DNA of 64,000 nt. It comes from Takakia lepidozioides. Lineage: Eukaryota; Plantae; Bryophyta. The position numbers and the translations under genes were made by a program. Each line of letters begins with the position of its first letter. Positions within the stretch are counted from its first letter, which is position 1. Shown here piece after piece: positions 47,875-58,668 of this stretch. Under the pieces are notes generated by a model. That model was not told where the DNA came from and searched no databases. It saw nothing but the letters and a program-made list of their open reading frames with translations. The stretch lies in assembly GCA_030704615.1 (NCBI GenBank), contig CM060732.1, positions 54,560,001-54,624,000 on the forward strand. The letters are read 5' to 3'.

Positions 47875-48690
47875 CCAGTTTTGTTTGCGTTTGTAGTGCA
47901 TGTGCGAGCCTGTTGGGGAAGGGCAAAGAGGTCCATGGTTGCATCGTCAAAGCTGGAATGTGGCAGATGTCATTCTGAACAATACCCTTGTGGACAAGGA
48001 GTGTTCAACAATATGGCTGAGCGAAATGTGGTGTCGTGGAACGTGCTGATCGCAGGACATGCACAACAGGGGCGGGGATTGTAGGTTTTGGAGACCTATG
48101 AGCAAATAGTTTGGGAGGGGGTGAAGTCCAACCACAAATTATGTTTGTTTGTGTTTGTAGTGCATGTGCGAGCCTGCTAGAGAAGGGCAAAGAGATCCAT
48201 GGCTGCAAAGTCAAAGCTAGAATTGTGGCAGATTTCATTCTGAACAATACTCTTGTGGAGATGTATGCCAAGCTCAAAGAGGAATTTTGAGACATATGAG
48301 CAAATGTTGCGGGATGGAGTGCAGCCTGGCCAGGTCGAGGCCAAGAGGGCAAAGAGGTCCATGGTGACATTGTCAAAGCTGGAATTTTACCATATGTCAT
48401 TCTGAATAGTACCCTTACATAGACATGTATGCCAAATGTGGGTGCATCAAGGATGCAAAGGGAGTGTTCAACAATATGGCTGAACGAAATGTGGTATGAT
48501 CATCGAGCCCATGATTGCAGGATATGTACAGTGGGATGGAGTCCTTGAAGACCTCTAAGCAAATGGTGCATGAATTAAGGTGTGTTTAGCCCATTGACCA
48601 CATCAGGCTTCTTTGTGTTTGCAATGCACATTGTATGTGCAAGCTTTGCAGCCCTAGAAAAGGACAATTATAAGGTCCATGGTGACATTA
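47875..48690 (+). pseudogene. Degenerate PLS-PPR fragments
   Basis: GKEVHGCIVKAG..VILNNTLVD..VFNNMAERNVVSWNVLIAGHAQQG and DMYAKCGCIKDAKGVFNNMAERNVV, with many frameshifts. Confidence 0.85.
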
Positions 48691-51139
48691 TATAGGGGTG
48701 TTTGCTGAGATCATGAGATCAAGTCTTTGCTCTTGTCAAAGATTGAAAACAAGTCTAGGGTAGTTTATGTCTAACCTCATTTTCAAGGACAGTCTTTGGG
48801 CACCAAACCTCTACAGTTTTGGACACAACCCCCTCTAAGTCTACTCCCATTACGAGGATCAAAAATGCTTGGGGGCTTACATGCATGGAGCTGCGATGCT
48901 TAGACATCGGGCAATTACATTCTCCTTTGCTCTTTGCATCCGTTTACTGGTTCATGGTGACATAGTCAAAGCTGGAAATATACTAGATGTCAGCCTGAAC
49001 ACTGCTCTGAAGCCTAACCTGGAGTTATTGCAAATGTGGCAGCAGGAATTATCCAAAAACAGATAACGTAGATGTGGAGAAGCTCGTTGGTGAATCTATG
49101 GTGGTTTTGTAGTGATTTTGACATGTTACTGTAGGTAGTGTTGGGGTGTTTCCTCGAAGAACTTCACGCCGTCAGTGTCAGCTGCTAGCAGTATGGCTGA
49201 AGATGTATTCATGGTTTGTACACAGGCATGGATAGCTGAAGGTCCAGGGATAGAGTGCGGGTCCAGGTTCATAAGAGGGCCGGATTTCAAGTGAAAAAGA
49301 TGTACGATCGACATCCAGACAAAGAAGATTAACACTTTGATAAGGTATGATCTGGACTGAATATGTTGTCTTCATGGCTGACGTGAGGTTTTTCACAGAT
49401 TCTCACCTCTTTGTCATGGTAGGCATGATGGTACATCCACAAGCTGTAGTGCCTTTGGATGAGAAGCAGTCCCCTCACAAAGCATACCGCTCGTTTTCTC
49501 AAGAGCATACCAATTCTTTGGGGGGTGCTATTCCATGAGCCCGGAGGCGTGAGCCTGTGAGCCCAGGAAACCGTGAGCCCAGCACAGGCTCACGCCATGT
49601 CAGCATGCATACAGGGCTTATTTCCGCGGGTGTCACCTATTACCGCGGGTTGATCAGCCATTTCCAGGGAATGCAGACTGGATGTGTTACATCCATTGTA
49701 TCCATCCTTTCTATCCATTGCATCCATTTAGACGTTATCAACATACCAAGCCCCTACATTGGAATGTGGCTACGTCATGAGCAGGAGCACACTCACATCA
49801 TCCAAAGCGGATCCCTACGAAATCTTTTCTTACTCACCACCCTTGCGGACATGCCATGTATGTGCGGGAGCATCATGGATGCTCACCAGAATTGAGAATG
49901 CCTGAACGCTCTTTGATCACGTGGACTTTAACGTGATGGATTAACCAAGCATTCTTCTAGCAGGAATGGTTTGGAGACCAACGAGCAAATGATGCGAGAA
50001 TGCTCCACCCGAACCAAAGACGTTTGTTTGTTTTTGCAATGCACATAAGCTTGTGAGCTCCGCAAAACACTAAATAGATTGAAGGAACAATCCGGGCAGT
50101 CCATGCAACCCCCATCTCCAACGATAGTTTGTTCTCATGAATTTGCATCCCATGCACACATTGCAAACATGACAACAATGACACACAACCATCCCATTTC
50201 AAAATTGGCCCCGAATAAAAGCAAATGAAAACTTCATATCAACTGTCACAGTCATCAGAATCAGTATCGACCTCCTGTGCTATGTCATCCACAAAGATTC
50301 TGGCCCCAACACAATGTCTTCTACCACGGCCGTTGATGGTTGGACTGCGAGTGCCATGAACGGACATGCTTGCTGCGAGTGCCTCTGCATTGGCAGGTAG
50401 CAAGTAAGACTGAGGAGGACTTGAAGGAAGTCCAAAAAGGTGTGATAGCCCTGGAGGGTCAGTGGAAGCACGCGGACTCCTGCACAAGTCGACAAAAACC
50501 CATTTTCAATACAATGATGCAATGCACAAGTCCAACGAAGAGGATGTCTCCCATGTGCACTTTGCCTTAAGAACAGTGATTCTGGGTATTGAAACAATAA
50601 TGCAAGCATCCACAAGTTGAACTTACTCACAGGCAAAGTCGGAGTCCAGCTCCTTGTCGGAAGTCTCCCTTGTATCAATATCACCGGGAAAGTGTGTCCA
50701 CCCAAACCCATCAGGAGGTTCTTGTAAATCTCAGCATCCCCTTCAATCCCAAAGAGATGTCGTGCACTGGCCTTACAAATGTGGTACGAAGCACCTGCAG
50801 TGGAATAGAATGAAGGCAACAGACATTGACGACACATTTGGAATGGTGGGAAGTGCTGAAAGTGCAAGCTCAAACAAACCTCATGAAATGTGAATGTTGA
50901 AGAGACGAACCTGTGCCCATTGACAAATCCAGAATCTGGCGTCTGTGTGCAAAGAACAGCGTTCTGAGTGGTGATTGTGATCTCAAAATCTACCCCTGCA
51001 TTCAAGCTGATTTCTCTCTCGAGCAGAGCCGCCTTGTGGATGTTCCAGCCAGTGTCCAAAAACAGCTCAAGTGCAAGACAACAACATTAGCAAGGCATGG
51101 TTAGCTAAGCAAGTCATGGTGGGGATGCATTTGAACTCT

Positions 51140-51955
51140 CTGAACGTAATGTGGTCGGACTTCACCCCCTCCCACATCAACTGCTCATAGGTCTCCAAAA
51201 CCTGCAATCCCTGCCCCTGTTGTGCATGTCCTGCGATCATCACTTTCCACGACACCACATTTCGCTCAGCCATATTGTTGAACACTCCCTATCCAGAAGG
51301 GTATTGTTCAGAATGACATATACCACAATTCCAGCTTTGACGATGCAACCATGGACCTCTTTGCCCTTCTCCAGCAAGCTCGCACATGCACTACAAACAC
51401 AAATAAACGTAATGTGCTCGGGCTTCACCCCCTAGACCCACATCATTTGCTCATAGGTCTCCAAAACCCGCAATCCCCGCCCATGTTGTGCATGTCATGC
51501 GATCATCACGTTCCACCACACCACATTTCGCTCAACCATATTGTTGAACACTCCTTGTCCACAAGGGAATGCTCCCACGTTTGGCATACATGTCGACGAG
51601 GTATTGTTACATCTGGTGCAGTTCCAGCTTTGACGATGTCACGATGGACCTCTTTGCCCTTTACTAGGTCTCCAGGGCTGCCAGGTTTGCACATGCATTG
51701 CAAACACAAATGAACGTGACCCGGTCAGGCTGCACCCCTTCTCACAACATTTGCTCATATGTCTCCAATGCCCTCATCCCGCACACATGCTGGCCATACT
51801 TGCCAGATTCAGCGTGTTCCATGAGACAACATCTCGTTCAGCCATGTTATCAAACTCTCCCTTCGCAACTTCATAGGTCTCCAAAACCTTCATCCCACGT
51901 CCCTGCTGTGCATACCCTGCAAGCATCGCACTCCACGACACTACATCTCGGCAAA
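51140..51955 (-). pseudogene. Degenerate PLS-PPR fragments, inverted relative to 47875-48690
   Basis: RDVVSWSAMLAGYAQQG, KGKEVHRDIVKAGTAPD, ITFICVCSACASLLEKGKEVHG and FNNMAERNVVSWKVMIAGHAQQG. Confidence 0.85.
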
Positions 51956-52497
51956 ACAGGCTGAAATAGGTCGAAGAAGAAGGTGCCCTCACCACATTGT
52001 CCTCTACTTTGTGTCATGACCCATTGCGGATTAGACTGACCATGAACCCAAAAAAACCTCTTGTGCGTGCTACTTGTATCTGTAGTCAGATAATGTGGGA
52101 TCAATTGGTCCGTAAGAACCACCATGGTGCAGCTGAGCGGGCAGAGATTAAAATATGGGCTGCTAAGACCAAGCTGATTCCCCCAAGAACCTTGTGATTA
52201 TCAGGAATACCAAATCATGGTACAAAGGGGAGCCAAGAGCCCACATTTGCACATAATTCGCCCCTGACGCCATAAACGCTTGCAACAACAGGACATGGGC
52301 CTCGATTTGGTCTTCGTCCTTATTGCATCACTTGCTCGTCTCTCTCCCAAGCATCCATCCCTCTCCCAACACTTAGTCAAATTCAGGCAAATGACAAAGT
52401 TACTCTTCCACCCTTAGATCATTTTACATCCGACGATTAGAACAATCTCTACGAGCCACACAAGCCCTAAAATACATTAAAATATTCCACGTCATGA

Positions 52498-52768
52498 CCC
52501 ATAAGCTCTTTGAGCTTACTGCATATGTAATAAAGTACCAATTTGTTTCATTTCATTTCATTTCATTTTCATTTCATTTTGTTTCATGGCATGTCTTTCA
52601 TCGTTTTCGCATTTCTAATGACATTATTAGTTCATTTGTATGGCATTACATGCGTATGTACTAGTCGGCTCACTACAAACACCAAAACTTCAAAGCATGA
52701 ACCACTATGAATGATTGTTCAAGTAATTTTGAGCACTTCATTTAAGTAGTAAAGCAGTGGTTGCGACA
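52498..52768 (-). repeat. Right arm of the ~265-bp inverted repeat
   Basis: Reverse complement of 41533-41797, ending ..GGTTGCGACA. Confidence 0.9.
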
Positions 52769-54429
52769 TCACAATTTGAAAATATTGGTTTTAAAAGTCA
52801 ATAATACACAATCAAGATTGTCAGTTGAAGCAAATCCGATGGTTGAGGATTCGTCACATCATCGTTTATGTACTCTTTCTGTTTTCAGGATCTGCCATTT
52901 TTTACCACTCTAGCTTGCAATCACCCTCCCGTCATCTCCAGTCAGAGATCGCAGAAATGGTTCTTGCACGTCTCCCAGTGCGCTTTCTTCTTGCAACCCA
53001 AGCTGTCTGAACAACATTGAGCCAATCGCCCGAGTCGTATCAATTGCTTGGGCATGTTCAAACGCCATGTTTGCTGTCCTCCTAGAATCTCCATAAAATC
53101 TCCACGTCACAAAACCATTTTCAGACATAGTAAAGCACTGCCAAAAAGTTTTATAAAGCATTGCCAAAAGCAAAAGTCATTGGGGTGCATTCCACCTGGC
53201 GGAATGCACCCCATCAGCTCCCTTGAGTGCATTCCAAAATGCAGAATGCACCGACCATTATTATTTTTAAATTTTCGGCATTTCTTTACGCAGGGTAATG
53301 CCCCTCGTGTCGGGCATCCCCAACTTTTCGAGCCTTCCCCTCTGGCTACCGCCCTCGGAGTCAGGCCCTTTAGAATCCGAGAATGCCCTCCACTCAAGGC
53401 ATTATCCCATACATACTCTGCTGTCGATGTGCCCGCTATCTTGATCAGCCCTTTTTTTTAAGGCGAAAAATAGCCAAAAAGCTACAAATAAAATATGGAG
53501 TTGACATAGTTATATAGAAATATGGGATGAAAATAATTTGTTGGAGCCAGCTGCAGACGGAGCCAAAACGCTTGATTATCATATAGGCTTGGCGCCTTCA
53601 GTTTTGGTCATCTCTTTATGGATGACCAACTAACTATAGTCGGTCTAATATTTTTGAAAAAAGTATCTCGGAAAATAGATACTTGTAAATACCATCTGTT
53701 GTACCAATATATCTTTTATGATGAGGCTATTTAAGGAGTCTTGTAGAGTTGAGTCAAAATGTTTGGCGGGCCCAAAAAATCCGTTCCTTCATGAAGGGGT
53801 GATGGAGTTTTTTGCAAGGCCATAGCTTAGTCTCACCTCCCCCTTATGTTTTGCCCAAGCATAGAGACCATGGCCATTTGAGGCTTGTTGCTTTTGTAGG
53901 GAGCTTATGATTTGTTTGTGCATGCAGTTGGTAAAAATATGCTGTCATGTAGAATTAGAAGTGCACATCCTCTAAAATTTGAACTCACCATAATTTGGAT
54001 GTCTGAATTTTGTAACTATAGCCACACCTATACAGGTACACTACTAGATATCGCAGAGTAACTTTCCATGTGTAATGTGTACCATATACCGCCCCAAAAT
54101 CCGCAGTGTTCTCTGATGGAGTTCTGACGTCTGTGAAACTTTAAAGATGAAGATAGAAGGGCTGATCCTGATTAGGTTTTCTTGGAGGGCCCCGATGAGG
54201 GAGCCGGCCCAAAAACTATGGTATGCCGCGTTCTGTGCCCCGCGCACGGTATTCTTTAGTAAAAGGCGAAAGAATAGTTCGCTTTGTGCTGAGCACACGG
54301 CTGGTGAAGAGATGGTTGGAAAGCCTAGATTATATAGGACTCATCCATCGAGATGTCTGCAAACGATATGGGATAAATATTTGGGTATAATTTTTCCAAC
54401 ATAAAATGCAAAACCCTACCTTGCAGGCA

Positions 54430-54790
54430 ACCCAGTTTGACCTTGGGGCCATAAACCGTTTGACAAAGAGGGAACAGACATTGACAGTCTCCATTTCTCT
54501 GCATCTGTTTATGGTTCAAAGGTACACATCCCACCCTGACCTTAAATTTCTGTCTATTGCTGACGGTAGGTAGGCCCTTCAGATCATCTCAAAGGTCCTC
54601 ACCCATGTCACAAACTGGAAACAAGCTCAGGGAAACTTCAGATTCAGTTCGGCACGGAAGAAAGGTATAGAGATGATCTGATGACTGAGGGCAGAAAAGC
54701 TTGGTTGGCTTTATGTACTGCAACTCTTTTTAAGTTAGATCTTCGGAGCGAAGGTGTCAAGTGCCAACAACTTGTCAAGACCTTCTTTGT
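54430..54790 (-). mobile_element. Non-LTR retrotransposon (LINE) ORF2 C-terminal remnant
   Basis: LFPVCDMGE..DDLKGL..KFKVRVGCVPLN.KQMQR.GDC, homologous to 62123-62420. Confidence 0.65.
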
Positions 54791-55896
54791 ACAGTAACGA
54801 TGCTCTATGAAGAGGAAGGATCGGATACTTATACATGTAACATATACACAGAATAGCTTGATCCATCCGAAATTGTGGCAGATGACGAATGGAAGTCATT
54901 CTGGTGTAAAAGAGCAGGAGCGTCGTCGTCGTCTGTGTGGTCGCAGCGATGGCTGAAGCCGCACCCAGCTTGGCCTTTCACTCTCCTTTGGCTGAATCGG
55001 AGGGAAGGACTACGTTCTGGGAATTTTTTCCCGGAGGTTCTGTGGAAGTGCAATGTGTATTCAGCCTGGCGAATTCGGGTCGCAGAGACTTGGGTGTCAT
55101 GGCTTCGGTGACTGCCCACCCTGCAGGGATGCTGGAGAAAGGTATGGACATGTAAGTCTTCTTGAAATCTTTGGTTCCAGCTAACCTGAATTGATCTTGG
55201 TCGAAAAATCGTGGTATGCCACCCAAGAGGCGAGTAGACGCCCTTGTCCATCGGTTATGCTGGATTATTTGACGTTTAGTGTATATCAGCTTTCCAATTA
55301 TGGCACTGAGAGAGAATGTACTCATAAGACGTTGCCGTAGCCTTGTGGCCATTGGGAGAGAGAGAGAGAGGGAGAAAGAGAGAGAGAATTTTCAGGGAGA
55401 GCCCATGCAATCTTGCTCAGTAAGACTTTATTGCTCACCGAGACGAGAACAATTATTAGAGGTTAGTGAAGATCTACGTTGAATATGTGTTTCTCTGCAG
55501 GTCAAACAATGGACACGGATCGGCTCTGGCAGGACTTCTTGCAGATCCGTCACAGTTGTGGAACGATAGGTTTGGTAAGGTGAGGCAATTTTCATTTCGG
55601 ACAGAAAAGGTTAGCAAAGTGGGAGGGATTTGGACAGAAGGTTGCATGCTGGTGCTTTGTGGACTGGATTTCATGTCCTGTTACTTTCACTACTGACAGT
55701 ATTCTTGTGTCCTTAAAAAAGCAGCAAAAGCATTGTTCCTGCTGTTGTATTTCTATCACAAGGTTGTTTGTCCTGCGCACTACAGCATAAGAGTAGGTTG
55801 TGTAAGGTTTGTCCCAGCAATTTGAAGGTGCTTGGTTTTTTTGTGGTTGTAGCCGGGTTTGAGCGAAGCTGTGGTTGAAGCTCTGGCTGCTCAGCT

Positions 55897-58668
55897 ATGC
55901 AATGGTGGTTTTCACAGAAGAGTCCAAGATTACCATACTTCAGACATAAGCGAAGGAAGGACCCTCTTTGGATTGAGGGTTCACCAAATCCTCCTTGTGT
56001 GAAAGCAGGGATAGCTGCCATGATAGACGGTCAATCACAATGTGGCTATGTGAGGAGACTATGTATGGCAGGACGGCTGAAGGAGGCCTTGCATATTTTG
56101 GACCAACAAGGCAATTCGGCAGACTCCGATACTTATGTCTGTCTCTTGCAGGAGTGCATCAACAGGAAAGCTCTCGCAGAGGGAAGGAAGGTGCACACCC
56201 ACATTATCCAAAATGAATTTGAGCAAAACAGCTTTCTACGCAACACCCTTGTCAACATGTATGCCAAGTGCGGGAGCTTGGTGGAAGCACGCCAAATATT
56301 TGACAAAATGCCTGGGCGGGGTATGTTTACGTGGAATATAATGATAGCGGGATATGCCAGGCATGGGTGTGGTAGCGAGGCTTTCGAGATCTATGATCAA
56401 ATGATACAGGAAGGGGTGGTGCCGGACAGGGTTACGTTCACTTGTGTTCTCAAGGCATGTACCAGCCTGACAGACCTCGAAAAGGGTATAGAGGTTCATA
56501 AGGACATTATCAAAGCTGGAATTGCGCCAGATCTTATCCTGCAGAATACCCTTGTTGACATGTATGCCAAGTGTGGGAGGATAGAGGATGCACGTCAAGT
56601 TTTCGACAACATGGCTAAGCGAGATGTGGTGTCATGGAATGCTATGATAGCTGGATATGGTCAGCATGGGTGTGTTTGGGAGGCCCGCCAACTATTTGAA
56701 CAGATGCAACAGGGAGGCTGCAAACTGAATGTGGTCTCATGGAACGCCATGATCGCAGGATATGCGCAGCATGGGTGTGGTAGGGAGTCTTTGGAGATCT
56801 ATGAGCAAATGATACGGAAGGGCGTGATGCCCAACAAGGTCACTTTCACTTGTCTTCTCAATGCATGTGCCAGCCTGACAGCCCTGGAAAGGGGAAGAGA
56901 GATCCAGGCTGGAATCATTAAAGCTGGAATTGCGCCAGATATCATTCTGGAGAATGCTCTCATTGACATGTATGCCAAATGTGGGGATGTAAGGGATGCA
57001 CGTCAAGTGTTTGACAACATGGCTAAGCGAGATGTGGTGTCATGGAATGCAATGATTGCAGGATATGCTCAGCATGGTCAAGGTAGGGAGGCTTTAAAGA
57101 CGTATGACCAACTGATGCAGGCAGGGGTGCGACCCAATAGGATCACCTTTATTTGTATTCTCAAGGCATGTGCCAGCTTAGCAGCCCTGGAAAATGGAAA
57201 TCAGGTCTATGCTGACATCATAAAATCTGGAATTGCACCAGATACCGTTCTGCAGAATACCCTTGTTGACATGTATGCCAAGTGCGGGAGCATGAAGGAT
57301 GCGCATAAAGTGTTTGACAGTATGGCTGAGCGAGATGTGGTCTCATGGAATGTGATCATTGCAGGCTATGTCCAGCATGGGTGTGGTAAGGAAGCCTTTG
57401 AACTATTTGAGCAAATGTGTGAGGAAGGATTGAGACCGAATGTGGTATCATGGAATGCGATGATCACCGGATACATGCAGCATGGGGATGGTAGGCAGTC
57501 TTTGGTCATCTACAAGCAAATGATAGGGGTAGGAATGACCCCAAATAAAGTCACATTCATTTGTGTTCTCAATGCATGTGCCAGCGTGGCAGCTCTGGGA
57601 AAGGGCAAAGAGGTCCATGCTGACATCATTGAAGCTGGAATAGGGCCAGATATAAATTTGGATAATACCCTTATAGACATGTATACCAAATGTGGGAGCG
57701 TGAAGGATGCACGGCAAGTGTTTGACACTATGGGTGAACGAAATGTGGTCTCGTGGAGTGCAATGATTGCAGGATATGGTCAGCATGGGTTTGGGAGGGT
57801 GGCCCTCCAACTATTTGAACAAATGCAACAGGAACGCTTAAAGCCGAATGGTATCACCTTTGTATGTGTTCTCTCTGCTTGTAGCCACGGGGGCCTAGTG
57901 GATGAAGGTTGTCACTACTTTCATACCATGAGTCTAGGTCATGGCCTCACTCCTACAGTGGAGCATTTTGGCTGCATGGTGGACCTTCTTGGCCGTGCAG
58001 GGCAATTAAATGAGGCAGAGGACTTTATTGACAAAATGGTGATTGAACCAGGTGTGTCTGTGTGGGGGGCCTTGCTTAGTGCCTGCAGGATTCACGGCAA
58101 TGTAGAGGTAGCAGAACGCACAGCAAAACGCCTCCTACAATTGGATCCCCAGGTGGCTGCAAATTACGTGCTGTTATCGAATATCTATGCTGCTGCTGGC
58201 AGGTGGGAGGAGACAGCAAAGGTGAGGAAAATGATGCAGGACAGAGGTGTCAGAAAGGAGCCAGGGTGCAGCTCCATTGAGGTGGACAACCAGGTGCATA
58301 CATTTGTGGTAGAAGACAAGCTACATCCAAAAATTGAGAGAATCCATGCTGAGCTGGAGAGACTGTCTGGGCGAATGAAGGGGGCTGGTTATGTGCCTGA
58401 CATGCGCTCTGTACTGCATGATATACAGGAGGAGCAAAAGAAATTTTCCCTGTGCTATCACAGTGAGAAGCTGGCCATTGCTTTTGGGCTCATTAGCACG
58501 CTGCCTGGGACACCTATCCATGTCATAAAAAACCTTCGGGTGTGTGGTGACTGCCACACCTTCACAAAGTTCATCTCAAAGATTGTTGGGCGAGCAATTG
58601 TTGTACGGGATTCCAACTGCTTCCACCACTTCCAAGATGGGGTTTGTTCTTGTGGGGATTACTGGTGA
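55897..58668 (+). CDS. PLS-class PPR protein with E1-E2-DYW cytidine deaminase domain (organellar C-to-U RNA editing factor), 923 aa, intronless
   Basis: About 19 P/L/S motifs ending P2-L2-S2, then E1, E2, PG box (KEPGCSSIEV), HSEKLA (HxE), CGDCH (CxxC) and a terminal DYW. The exact start codon is uncertain. Confidence 0.96.
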   Translation: MQWWFSQKSPRLPYFRHKRRKDPLWIEGSPNPPCVKAGIAAMIDGQSQCGYVRRLCMAGRLKEALHILDQQGNSADSDTYVCLLQECINRKALAEGRKVHTHIIQNEFEQNSFLRNTLVNMYAKCGSLVEARQIFDKMPGRGMFTWNIMIAGYARHGCGSEAFEIYDQMIQEGVVPDRVTFTCVLKACTSLTDLEKGIEVHKDIIKAGIAPDLILQNTLVDMYAKCGRIEDARQVFDNMAKRDVVSWNAMIAGYGQHGCVWEARQLFEQMQQGGCKLNVVSWNAMIAGYAQHGCGRESLEIYEQMIRKGVMPNKVTFTCLLNACASLTALERGREIQAGIIKAGIAPDIILENALIDMYAKCGDVRDARQVFDNMAKRDVVSWNAMIAGYAQHGQGREALKTYDQLMQAGVRPNRITFICILKACASLAALENGNQVYADIIKSGIAPDTVLQNTLVDMYAKCGSMKDAHKVFDSMAERDVVSWNVIIAGYVQHGCGKEAFELFEQMCEEGLRPNVVSWNAMITGYMQHGDGRQSLVIYKQMIGVGMTPNKVTFICVLNACASVAALGKGKEVHADIIEAGIGPDINLDNTLIDMYTKCGSVKDARQVFDTMGERNVVSWSAMIAGYGQHGFGRVALQLFEQMQQERLKPNGITFVCVLSACSHGGLVDEGCHYFHTMSLGHGLTPTVEHFGCMVDLLGRAGQLNEAEDFIDKMVIEPGVSVWGALLSACRIHGNVEVAERTAKRLLQLDPQVAANYVLLSNIYAAAGRWEETAKVRKMMQDRGVRKEPGCSSIEVDNQVHTFVVEDKLHPKIERIHAELERLSGRMKGAGYVPDMRSVLHDIQEEQKKFSLCYHSEKLAIAFGLISTLPGTPIHVIKNLRVCGDCHTFTKFISKIVGRAIVVRDSNCFHHFQDGVCSCGDYW

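Noticed and set aside
50239-51060. Possible degraded transposase remnant, and the 259-aa minus-strand ORF
   Set aside because: Only weak Cys-rich hints and many stops; I could not support any motif.
53181-53213. 13-bp-stem hairpin TGGGGTGCATTCC-N7-GGAATGCACCCCA
   Set aside because: The hairpin is real, but there is no Helitron-type CTRR end at the expected distance and it is too short for a miRNA precursor. It is probably a transposon subterminal motif.
54829-55352. Overlapping short ORFs upstream of the PPR gene
   Set aside because: No recognisable domain, and the longest one starts inside a LINE tail motif.
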